Below, in pieces: positions 10,525-19,327 of a stretch of 64,000 bases of DNA (position 1 is its first letter; each line of letters starts with the position of its first letter). Under the pieces are notes generated by a model that worked only from the letters and a program-made list of their open reading frames with translations, searched no databases and was not told where the DNA came from. The position numbers were made by a program, and so were the translations under genes. Origin of the DNA: Chthonomonadales bacterium (GTDB taxonomy: Bacteria; Armatimonadota; Chthonomonadetes; Chthonomonadales; CAJBBX01); the NCBI GenBank assembly GCA_037443035.1, contig JBBIPC010000017.1, positions 26,060-90,059 of the forward strand, written 5' to 3'.

Positions 10525-11137
10525 GTGGTTGGACAGTCTGAAGACCGCGCTGTCCCGTGGCACGTCCGTGGTTCGTGACACGGTCGAGCGGGAGACGATG
10601 GCGCTGCTGGTGGGGCTCACGGCCGGTCGTACTGTTCGCGATAAGGCCGGCGTTACCATCGTAGAGCCGGGTATGGTTATTACGCCCGAGGTCGCCGAAC
10701 ACGCGAGGCAGGCGGGCAAGTTACAGGCTCTCTTGGCTGCCGTAGCAGCAGCGAGTATGCAGGACCTGCAGGAGCGGTGGGATCAGGTCCGACGTAGCAC
10801 TGCTGAAGGTAAGGAGGACGCAGCCATGGCAACCATAGACGAGTACGCCATGGCTCGGCGCTACGTAGGGCGCGTTGCAGTCCTCAACGTCACGGATGTT
10901 CGCGGCACGGTCATCATTCCGGCTGGCAAGCGGCTAACTGAAGAGGATATCCAGATGGCCCGGGAACATGACCTACTGCTAGCGGTGATCCACAGCGCTA
11001 CACAGCCTCAGGCGCAGTCGGCTGGAGGTCAGCAACCCGAAGCACCACTGCGCGAGGAGGACACGGCTGCCGATCCATCCCGCCGTCCTCGGCTACCCTT
11101 GGTGGAGATGCCTGCCGAGGAAGAGCCCGCAGATTGA
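10517..11137 (+). CDS. hypothetical protein with two copies of a ~45-aa module
   Basis: ATG 10517 follows AGGAGAG and overlaps the upstream stop. The repeated module reads VG....V.D..G..I...G...T.E....AR....L. Confidence 0.72.
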   Translation: MLEWLDSLKTALSRGTSVVRDTVERETMALLVGLTAGRTVRDKAGVTIVEPGMVITPEVAEHARQAGKLQALLAAVAAASMQDLQERWDQVRRSTAEGKEDAAMATIDEYAMARRYVGRVAVLNVTDVRGTVIIPAGKRLTEEDIQMAREHDLLLAVIHSATQPQAQSAGGQQPEAPLREEDTAADPSRRPRLPLVEMPAEEEPAD

Positions 11138-11182
11138 CGGACCCTTTTGGGCCGATCTGCCGCTAAGGCGAACTGACTGGGC

Positions 11183-11635
11183 CTACGCGGCGGCCTCCGC
11201 GCGTTGCTTGATGGCCCGCATCTGCGCCTCTAGATTCTCTGTCATCTTCTTCTTGATGAGTGCCTTGATCATGGGGCCGATGAGGGGAACGTTGTACTCG
11301 TAATCGAGTACACATTCGAAGCGCGTACCGTTCTCCGTCGGGATGAACTGCCAGTACCCGACCATACTGTCGAGGTCGCCCTTGATCAGACGGAAGTCGT
11401 CACGGTAGCGTGCAGGATCCCAGACATCCTCCTGCACCCAGCGTATCGTCATGCGAAACTCGCGGACGATCCCAACCCACTCCGTCACCGTCCTGTTGCC
11501 GTCGTCGCTTCGTTCGAGGACGGTGAGGGACTGCAGATCCTCCATGAACGTGGGGAAATCCTCCACCCGCCTAGCGACAGCGTAGACAGTATCCACGGGG
11601 GCGTTCACGTCCAACGTAATGGCAATCTTCGGCAT
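11183..11635 (-). CDS. SRPBCC/START-fold (polyketide cyclase/dehydrase-like) protein
   Basis: VNAPVDTVYAVARRVEDFPTFM, GDLDSMVGYWQF. Start placed at MPKIAI. Confidence 0.85.
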   Translation of the reverse strand: MPKIAITLDVNAPVDTVYAVARRVEDFPTFMEDLQSLTVLERSDDGNRTVTEWVGIVREFRMTIRWVQEDVWDPARYRDDFRLIKGDLDSMVGYWQFIPTENGTRFECVLDYEYNVPLIGPMIKALIKKKMTENLEAQMRAIKQRAEAAA

Positions 11636-11661
11636 GACGCGATCCTGTTCTCGCATAGAGA

Positions 11662-11687
11662 AGGCCCTCCCCAGATGGGGAGGGCCT
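11662..11687 (-). terminator. probable intrinsic terminator of the Ig-repeat gene
   Basis: Perfect 11-bp stem AGGCCCTCCCC-4 nt-GGGGAGGGCCT just after stop 11711, with only a weak U-tract (TCTCTAT). Confidence 0.6.
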
Positions 11688-11710
11688 CGGTCGTGATCAG
11701 TACACGCTGA

Positions 11711-14700
11711 TCAGTAGATGGTCAGAGTGCCGTTACCCGAGCCAGCAGCAACCCATGCATCGCCAGCGAACTCGCAGGTGATGGTGTGGGCGCCCGCGGC
11801 CAGGCCGGTCGTGTCGTAGAAGTACCGAGCGACAGCGTTGGAGTCGGTGACCACCGTCGCCACGTCCGTTCCGTCAATCTTGAAGGTCACGGTCTTGCCG
11901 GTCTGCTTCGCTAGGCCGGGCAGTCGGCGGAAGTACGCATAGAGATTCGCGATTCCACCAGCCGGTACGGACTTGTTCATGACCCAGATGTACGGATCGG
12001 CATGGAGAACGGTCAACGTGGCTGTGCTGGTGGATCCCAGATAGCCAGCGTTGCCAACCCACTCGGAGAGGATCGTTCGGTCTCCAGCCCCAGACCCGTC
12101 GGGTACGTCGTAGTACGGATAGCTTGCGTAACCGTCGGTGTTCGTGGGCCTTGTGATGACGAACGTGCCGTCTACATAGAAGTTGATGTTCTTGTTGTAG
12201 AGCGGGACGTCGTCGCTGCGGAGCAAGCGAGCCTTCAGCTCCGTCCGTCCGCCGATCTTCTGCGTCCGGTCGAAGCCGACCAGCTTGGTGGACCAGACGA
12301 CGGCCGTCAGCACGCCATTTCCGCTGGAGCCGTTGTAGTTGCTATCGCCAGCGAACGCCCCGGTGATCGTATGGGTTCCCGCCGTGGCATCGATCACCCA
12401 GTTGTAGTCTGCCCGGCCGTTGCTATCGGTGACACCGGAACCCACGCTAGTACCGTCAATGCTGAAGTCCACGGTCTTGCCGGCTAGCCACGCCATGTCC
12501 GTGGTCCGGCGGAGGTATCCGCGTAGTGTCACGGTCTCGGTCACCGTGCCGCTCCGGTCGAGGACGAACGTGGAAGTATCGGCCTTCTGAACGGTCAGTG
12601 TTCCGGTGCCCGTGCTGGCGTTGTACAGAGCCTCACCCGCGAACTCAGCGGAGATGGTCCGGCTTGTCGCACCGTCAATGACGACGTACGACACCGTCGC
12701 GGTTCCGGTACCGTCGGTCACGCCCGAGCCGACCGTCGTGCCGTCCACCTTGAAGGTGAGCGTCCGGCCGCTCAACGGGCTGCTGTCATTGTTGGCGGTC
12801 AGGGTTGCGGACAGGCTGATCGTCTGGCCGGGCTTACCTGATGCCGCGGCGACGGCCACCGTCGTATCGGACTTGACGGTGAGTGTGCCGCTAGCGGAGG
12901 AAGGATTGTACGCGCCGTCACCAGCGAACTCGGCCGCGACTGGATGATCGCCGACAGCCATATTGGCAGGAATGGCGTAATCCAGCGAGTAGTTGCCCGA
13001 GTCATCGGTCACGGCCGTACCGACCACCGAGCCGTCAACCTTCACGTCCACGTTCCGGCCCACAACGGGCGTTGCCGTCAAGGAACCGGTGAATGTTACG
13101 TTCTGGCCGGCGGTGCCGGTTGGGCTGTTGATCGTCAGAGTGGTATCGGCCTTCTCCGCAGTCAGAGTGCCCGTGCCGCTGGAGCCGTTGTGCTCAGCGT
13201 CGCCGCTGGAGGTAGCTCCGATAACACGGTCGCCTGCGCCAGCACCCTCTGGGATGACGTAGGGCACTGTCGCCACACCCGAACCGTCGGTTACAGCCGA
13301 GCCTGCCGCTGTGCCGTCTACGGTGAAGTCAACGTTGACACCCGGCACGGGGCCATTGTCTGTATTCCGAGTGACGGTTGCGGAGAGGTCCACCGTCGAG
13401 TGAATGGGACCGGACACGTTCGCAACAGCAGTCGTCGTGTCGGCCTTCTCCACCGTCAAAGTGCCGCTGCCGGACGACGCACCGTAGACAGCGTCACCCG
13501 CGAAGGATGCGCCGATGGTTCGCGCGCCGGTGCCGCCACCAACGGGGATCACGTAGTTCACTGTAGCAACGCCAGAACCATCCGTGACACCCGAGCCAAC
13601 GCCCGTGCCTTCCACGGTGAAGTCTACGGTTCGACCAGCCACCGGTGCGTTGTCGTGGTTCCGGGTCAGAGTGGCTGTAAGTGCGACTGTGGCCCCTACC
13701 TGGCCGGTCTTGTCATCCACTGCGAGAGTGGTCGTATCCGTCACGGTCAGGTTGCTGGCACCAGTGCCCGGATTGTAGGCGGCATCGCCAGCGAACACGT
13801 ACCCGATGGGATGCACACCAGGCTCCACCGCTACGGTGTAGTCGAAGTAGGCCATGCCGGAGCTGTTGGTCACGCCTGTGCCGACGTCGGTGCCGTCAAT
13901 CTGGAAGGTCAGTGTCCGGCCCACCACCCATGCGAGGTCGGTGGTGCGGCGGAGGTAGCCCTTCAGCTGCACGACACTGCCGAACGTACCGGTGCGATCG
14001 AGGCCGGAGATGGTTGTATCGGCCTTGTTCACCGTCAGCGTGCCGCTGCCCGTGCTCGGGAAGTAGGTTGTATCGCCCAGGAAGTCCGCCGTGATGGTGC
14101 GGGTGCCCGCCCCGGCTCCTTCTTCCACGCGATAGTTGTAGGTAGCCTTGCCGTCGGCGCCCGTAACACCGCTGCCGACCACCGTGCCCTCCACGCGGAA
14201 CTCGATGGTGCGTCCGGCGATCGGGCCGCTGTCTGTGGTCCGGTACAGATAGCCGCGCAGGTCAACAACCGCCCCGATGGTGCCGGTGCGGTTCGTGGCG
14301 TAGGTCTTGGTGGTGGTCTTCTGGACGGTCAAGGTACCGTTGCCGGTGGACGCGTTGTATTCGGTATCACCAGCGAAGGAGACCGTGATCGTCCGATCGC
14401 CAACACCCGATCCTTCGGGGATCGTGTAGCTCAAGGTAGCAACGCCGGACCCGTCCGTCACCGCGGAGCCAACGCCCGTACCGTCCACGGCGAAGTCGAG
14501 CGTCTTACCACTGACCGGATCGCCGTTGTCCGCCCGAGTCAGGGTGCCCTTGAGTGTCACGGAGACACCGATCATGCCGGAAGCATTGTCCACGGCGATA
14601 GAGGTGTTCACGTTGACATGGAGGGTTCCGCTACCGGTTGTGCCGTTATAGTTCGCGTCGCCAGCGAATGCCGCTCCAATGGTGTGATCCCCAACCGCCA

Positions 14701-17479
14701 TGCCATTCGGTATGGCGTAGCTTACCGTGGCAACGCCGCTTCCATCGGTTGTCGCGGTCCCCACGGCGGTGCCATCTACGGAGATCTCGACGGTCTTGCC
14801 TGCCAGTGGCCAACCAGCGCCGACAACCGTGAGCGTTGCACTCAGGTCAACGGAAGTGCCAACGGTGCCGACTACGTTGGGAACCGCAAGGGCCGTGTCG
14901 CCCTTCTCCACCGTCAACACTGCGTCGTCGGTGCTGGCGTTGTAGTCGCCGTCGCCTGCGAACTCGGCTGTGATCGTCCGTGTGCCGACTCCAGCACCTT
15001 CTGGCACGACGTAGTCAACTGAGGCAACACCCGATGCGTTCGTCACGCCGGTGCCAACCTCGGTACCGTCTACCTTGAAGGTCACCGTGCGGCCCACGAT
15101 CGGTGCGCTGTCATGGTTGCGGGTGAGTGTTGCAGTCAGCGCGACCGTCGTCCCGATCTTGGCAGTCTTGTCATCGGCCACGATCGTCGTGTCCGCCTTG
15201 GAGACTGTAGCCGTCGCCGTGTCTTCGCTCGGGCGATGCACGCCGTCGAAAGCGAAGATTCCCCGGATCTCATGGTCTCCAGCGCCGATGCCCTCCGGTA
15301 TGACCACGGGCAGCACGGCCACTCCGTTGGCGTCGGTCACGGCGGTGCCAACGGTGTTGCCGTCGACCTGGAAGGTGATGGTCTTGTCGGGTATGCCGAG
15401 GCTCGTGTCGTTATCTACGAGCGTAGCGGTGAGGTTCACCGTCTGACCGATGACCCCAGCGACGTCGTCCACCGTCAGGGTCGTCGGTATGGCGCGGATC
15501 ACCTCGAACGCCCCTGCAGCCGTGGCTGTCTGTCCGTCTGGGTTCGTGACGGTGACGTCGCGCAGGCCAATGGTCGCATCGAGACTCACGTCGAACTTGA
15601 CGGTCACCGACGTCGGGCTATTGTAGGTAACCACGTAGTTGCTGATACCGTCACCGGACAGCGTCACGTTGATATGGTTGGGGAAGCCGGCACCCGGGTC
15701 GAAGAACCGCGAGCCGGTGATGTTCAACGTGACATTCGTCATGCCTTGGACGGCGCTGCCGGATGCACTGGTGATCAACGGCGCAGGAGCGAGAAGCCGT
15801 GCGATCCAGGTGCCCCAGTTGTCGGTTGGCAGGCCCTCGGCACTGGCTGCGTACTCCTGGACCGTCCAGATGGACATATCATCGTTGGGGTCGAGGCTCG
15901 TGTAACTGTAATTGCCCCAACGATTTCGGCCACCCACGAGCCGTTCGTAGGACGCCTCTCCGGCCTTGACCTGCATGACGCCCTGCATGGTCCCTGCCGG
16001 ATCCGTTGCCAGACGACCGCAGGTATAGGCACCCACGTACTCGCTAGCTTTGGAACCGGAGAAGCCCATGGCCACATGGCCCTGGCCGCTCACCATAATG
16101 GACGGATAGTAGAAGAACATCCAGTCTTGAGCGCCGTTGTCGAAAACGCGTCCCTGCTGGTTCAACGTCAACACCGGTGCTCCCGCCGTGGAAAGCTCGA
16201 ACCACTCTGCAGCGGTCCGGTCCACAGTCCCCGTGCCGCCGGACGCCGTAACACCGACGTTCCGCGTTCCCCAAATGCTGCCGTTGCGCTGAACAGCCAT
16301 GAGAACTCGGTCATCGCCGACGTCTATGTTCACAGCGCTACCGAGCGCGGGAGCGTCCACTGGCGCACCATAGGCAGCGGTAAGGATCTCCTGAGTCAGC
16401 GATAGCGTCGGAACTCCCGACATGGCCCACTGGAGATTGCGGAATTCGATGTTCGCGTAGACTGTCGTAGACGACGCCAAGAAATACGCGAAGCCGTTGG
16501 ACGCAACGGGGTCCAGGTTGTGCACAGGACACGGCGTTGCCATCATGTCGGTGATGAGCCGCCAGTAGTAGACGGTGCTCAAGGACGGCGACGCTGCGAG
16601 CAGCGACGCCTTCTTGGTGGCGGCGATCTTGGCGAATGCCGCACCTCCCGAGGGGATCATGGAGGCGCCGAAGTAGACACCGTTGTCATCGGTGCCGATC
16701 ATGATCTCGTCGGTGAGCGTGTTGCTCTCACCGATGGTGATCGCGTACTTTTGCCATGTGCCCGTTGGATCGTTCGTCGCCGATACAGCAAGGATAGCGT
16801 GGTTGGCCGCGCCGCCGTTGGTCTCCAGCGCAACGGCGAACCAGCGACCGCTGCGGCGGTCGAAGATGACCCTGGGGCTATAGCAGTCGCCACGCGGGTA
16901 ACTGCCCGTCGTGAAGAAGCTGTTGAGCGTGACGTGGCTTAGCCGTGTGCCGGTCTTATCGTAAATGGCCACGGAGCCGCGCAGCATCTCCACGAAGTGG
17001 TTGGGACCGACGGCGCCCATGGTGTCTGGAGGCCAGAATCCGGTGCCGAGATCCGTGAACTGATCCTGCAGGCTGATACCTGCGAAGTTGGTTCCCATGT
17101 TCTGCGGGGCGTTTCCCCCTGGGGAACCGAGGGTGCTGCGCGAACCATTCCCGGCGCGCTGTGCCGGCTGGAACACCGTACCGTCCGGCTGAACGCCTTT
17201 GTTGCGCCAGCGATAGCGGGTAACGCCTGCCGCCTGGGTGAGGTCCGGCCGCAACCCAGCAGCAATATCGTGCCGCAACTGGACGTCCCTCAACTCCATC
17301 TGGCGGACTGTGTCAGTGAAGGGTGCTCCGCCGTTCTGGAGCACCTGGCCCGGAATCCGAGAGTTGTCGGCCCGGACCGTCGAGGCAAGGCAGGCACCAA
17401 CGACCAGGAGTAGTCCGGCCATTAGTGGCCCTGCCCTTCGAGTGTACGTCTGGCGGTGAGAAGGTCTCTGATCCACCAT
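11711..17479 (-). CDS. large secreted/surface protein: N-terminal propeller-like domain, IPT-like domain and 13 bacterial Ig-like repeats
   Basis: Signal-like LMAGLLLVVGACLASTVRA and 13 Thr/Gly-rich ~96-aa repeats with the pattern T...G..V.L.A.L...G..V.F.VDG..VG...T...G.A...Y...FAGD..Y. Start set at MVDQ (17479) behind a G-rich RBS. Confidence 0.88.
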   Translation of the reverse strand: MVDQRPSHRQTYTRRAGPLMAGLLLVVGACLASTVRADNSRIPGQVLQNGGAPFTDTVRQMELRDVQLRHDIAAGLRPDLTQAAGVTRYRWRNKGVQPDGTVFQPAQRAGNGSRSTLGSPGGNAPQNMGTNFAGISLQDQFTDLGTGFWPPDTMGAVGPNHFVEMLRGSVAIYDKTGTRLSHVTLNSFFTTGSYPRGDCYSPRVIFDRRSGRWFAVALETNGGAANHAILAVSATNDPTGTWQKYAITIGESNTLTDEIMIGTDDNGVYFGASMIPSGGAAFAKIAATKKASLLAASPSLSTVYYWRLITDMMATPCPVHNLDPVASNGFAYFLASSTTVYANIEFRNLQWAMSGVPTLSLTQEILTAAYGAPVDAPALGSAVNIDVGDDRVLMAVQRNGSIWGTRNVGVTASGGTGTVDRTAAEWFELSTAGAPVLTLNQQGRVFDNGAQDWMFFYYPSIMVSGQGHVAMGFSGSKASEYVGAYTCGRLATDPAGTMQGVMQVKAGEASYERLVGGRNRWGNYSYTSLDPNDDMSIWTVQEYAASAEGLPTDNWGTWIARLLAPAPLITSASGSAVQGMTNVTLNITGSRFFDPGAGFPNHINVTLSGDGISNYVVTYNSPTSVTVKFDVSLDATIGLRDVTVTNPDGQTATAAGAFEVIRAIPTTLTVDDVAGVIGQTVNLTATLVDNDTSLGIPDKTITFQVDGNTVGTAVTDANGVAVLPVVIPEGIGAGDHEIRGIFAFDGVHRPSEDTATATVSKADTTIVADDKTAKIGTTVALTATLTRNHDSAPIVGRTVTFKVDGTEVGTGVTNASGVASVDYVVPEGAGVGTRTITAEFAGDGDYNASTDDAVLTVEKGDTALAVPNVVGTVGTSVDLSATLTVVGAGWPLAGKTVEISVDGTAVGTATTDGSGVATVSYAIPNGMAVGDHTIGAAFAGDANYNGTTGSGTLHVNVNTSIAVDNASGMIGVSVTLKGTLTRADNGDPVSGKTLDFAVDGTGVGSAVTDGSGVATLSYTIPEGSGVGDRTITVSFAGDTEYNASTGNGTLTVQKTTTKTYATNRTGTIGAVVDLRGYLYRTTDSGPIAGRTIEFRVEGTVVGSGVTGADGKATYNYRVEEGAGAGTRTITADFLGDTTYFPSTGSGTLTVNKADTTISGLDRTGTFGSVVQLKGYLRRTTDLAWVVGRTLTFQIDGTDVGTGVTNSSGMAYFDYTVAVEPGVHPIGYVFAGDAAYNPGTGASNLTVTDTTTLAVDDKTGQVGATVALTATLTRNHDNAPVAGRTVDFTVEGTGVGSGVTDGSGVATVNYVIPVGGGTGARTIGASFAGDAVYGASSGSGTLTVEKADTTTAVANVSGPIHSTVDLSATVTRNTDNGPVPGVNVDFTVDGTAAGSAVTDGSGVATVPYVIPEGAGAGDRVIGATSSGDAEHNGSSGTGTLTAEKADTTLTINSPTGTAGQNVTFTGSLTATPVVGRNVDVKVDGSVVGTAVTDDSGNYSLDYAIPANMAVGDHPVAAEFAGDGAYNPSSASGTLTVKSDTTVAVAAASGKPGQTISLSATLTANNDSSPLSGRTLTFKVDGTTVGSGVTDGTGTATVSYVVIDGATSRTISAEFAGEALYNASTGTGTLTVQKADTSTFVLDRSGTVTETVTLRGYLRRTTDMAWLAGKTVDFSIDGTSVGSGVTDSNGRADYNWVIDATAGTHTITGAFAGDSNYNGSSGNGVLTAVVWSTKLVGFDRTQKIGGRTELKARLLRSDDVPLYNKNINFYVDGTFVITRPTNTDGYASYPYYDVPDGSGAGDRTILSEWVGNAGYLGSTSTATLTVLHADPYIWVMNKSVPAGGIANLYAYFRRLPGLAKQTGKTVTFKIDGTDVATVVTDSNAVARYFYDTTGLAAGAHTITCEFAGDAWVAAGSGNGTLTIY

Positions 17480-17522
17480 AACGGTGACACCCCCCTTTAT
17501 GTGGGATTTGAAGGCTCTACAC

Positions 17523-17552
17523 ATTATAAGGCAAGAGTTGCCTGATACGCAA
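17523..17552 (-). promoter_or_regulatory. sigma70-type promoter with a palindrome in the spacer
   Basis: The minus strand reads TTGCGT-18 nt-TATAAT; the spacer contains AGGCAA-ctc-TTGCCT. Confidence 0.55.
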
Positions 17553-17686
17553 GGGGTTCACGAACAAATAGCGGGCAGTTCTGGTATGCGGACGACCTCG
17601 ACGACCATCTTGTGCAGTCCGGTGCTGTAGCAGACCTCCCAAGACCGCGAAAAGGTACCAATACAGTGTAATCTTATGGGCCAGAG

Positions 17687-19327
17687 ATGACGCGAACACA
17701 CTGGGCGATTGACCTCGGCACGACAAACAGTCTCATAGCTCGTTGGATGGGTACACACGCCGAAACGGTCCGCCTCGACGATGTCTGCGAACTGGATCCG
17801 GCGTGGAACACGCCGCTGATCCCTTCTGTGGTCTGCTTTCAGGACGAGAATCGTGGCTTTATCGGCAAGCAAGCCGTGGCTGCCGAAGAGGTCCTACGGG
17901 CGACCTTTGCAGGGCGGCTGACTCCTCTGGCACGTGCATTCAAGCTGGCACTTGCGAGGGACAGTCGTCTGAGTGTGGCCGAAGCGGACGGTCAGCCCAT
18001 TTCAGCACGCCAATGCGCCACGGTCTTCCTCCGCGAGCTTGTTCGTCTGACGGAGGAGCGCGAGCGGCAGCTTCGCGATGAGAAGGCGGACGGTCTCTGG
18101 ACAAGGCTGCTGAGGTGGTTACGGCGCCAGAGTTTCATTCGTGACCTGACCATGACAGTACCTGTAGAGAGCTTCGAGGCGTACCGCATGGAGCTCCAGA
18201 ACATCGCGCGCAAGTTGGGCGTTCAGCACTTCCGCACGCTCGACGAGCCGGTTGCAGCGGCTTTGGGTTACGGCGTAGACCTCACCGAAGACCGAAACCT
18301 CCTAGTCGTGGATTTCGGTGGCGGCACGCTGCATCTTGCCCTTGTCAGGACGTTGTTGGGGACGTCGCCCGACAGCAAGGCGAGGGGCGTAGGACACCGG
18401 AAGGCCGAAGTTCTCGCGGCTCGTGGGTTGAACATCGGCGGCGAGACAGTGGATGAATGGGTCACCGATATGGCGTGCGCCCGGCTCCGGGCGCATGCCG
18501 ACAAGCTCCGTCCTGTCCTGCGCGCTCAGGCGGAACAGGTCAAGAAGGAGCTTTCCGGAAAGGTCCTCAAGACGGATGATACCGTCTTCTTGCTGCCAGG
18601 TGGCGAGGTACTTGCGGTAACGCGTGAGGAGTTCCTGGCGACGCTGGAAGCCAAGGGCCTGTATCGCAGCCTCGACATGGTGACCGACGCTGTCCTGGGC
18701 GACGCGCGGCACCGGCTCGCAGCGATGGACATAGATGCGGTGCTGCTAGTCGGTGGATCCACGCTGCTGCCCGGAGTGCGGGACCTCTTCGAGCGGATCT
18801 TCGGGGCCAACAAGGTGCATTACTGGAAGCCGTTCGAGGCCGTGGTGGAGGGCGGTGCGATCTACGGCGCCGGGTTCTACGTGGATCAGATCATCCACCA
18901 TGATTACGCCATACGCGTCCTCAACGAGAAGTCTAATACACCGCAATACGAGCTGCTGATCCGGCGCGGCACGGCCTATCCGACACCGAAGGGTTTCGAG
19001 ACACGTTACTACAAGGTAGCGCCGAGACAGCAGCTCTTCAGCCTGCCAGTCTGCGAGGTCGGTCTGGCGGGTCGCTTTTCGCTGCCGTGGCGCCGCCACT
19101 CCAACGGCCACTATTACTGGCAACCGCAAGGCACGGAGGAGGAAGAGTGCGTTGTCGTGCTAAACGAAGGCGATGCCGTGCGCCTCTACCCGCCGGGTGC
19201 CGGCGATCGTGCTAGGTTGCGAGTGGATTTCACCATAGACGAAGAGCGCTGGCTGTGCGCGACGGTCTACGACCTGTTGCGCCAGAGGGACATCCGCACG
19301 AACGACCGCGTCATACGCCTGCGGTGA
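17687..19327 (+). CDS. Hsp70-family protein (atypical, non-DnaK)
   Basis: AIDLGTTNS, LDEPVAAALGYG, VVDFGGGT and LLVGGSTLLP actin-like ATPase motifs; the C-terminal region is short and divergent. Confidence 0.85.
   Translation: MTRTHWAIDLGTTNSLIARWMGTHAETVRLDDVCELDPAWNTPLIPSVVCFQDENRGFIGKQAVAAEEVLRATFAGRLTPLARAFKLALARDSRLSVAEADGQPISARQCATVFLRELVRLTEERERQLRDEKADGLWTRLLRWLRRQSFIRDLTMTVPVESFEAYRMELQNIARKLGVQHFRTLDEPVAAALGYGVDLTEDRNLLVVDFGGGTLHLALVRTLLGTSPDSKARGVGHRKAEVLAARGLNIGGETVDEWVTDMACARLRAHADKLRPVLRAQAEQVKKELSGKVLKTDDTVFLLPGGEVLAVTREEFLATLEAKGLYRSLDMVTDAVLGDARHRLAAMDIDAVLLVGGSTLLPGVRDLFERIFGANKVHYWKPFEAVVEGGAIYGAGFYVDQIIHHDYAIRVLNEKSNTPQYELLIRRGTAYPTPKGFETRYYKVAPRQQLFSLPVCEVGLAGRFSLPWRRHSNGHYYWQPQGTEEEECVVVLNEGDAVRLYPPGAGDRARLRVDFTIDEERWLCATVYDLLRQRDIRTNDRVIRLR

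Noticed and set aside
11711..15490. Repeats as a possible CRISPR array or diversity-generating retroelement target
   Set aside because: The repeats are degenerate, in-frame protein domains. There is no repeat-spacer pattern, no cas or reverse transcriptase gene, and I saw no adenine-specific TR/VR pair.
12944..16405. Long plus-strand ORFs (692 aa and 430 aa) opposite the Ig-repeat gene
   Set aside because: Typical stop-poor antisense frames of GC-rich genes, with no recognisable motifs.
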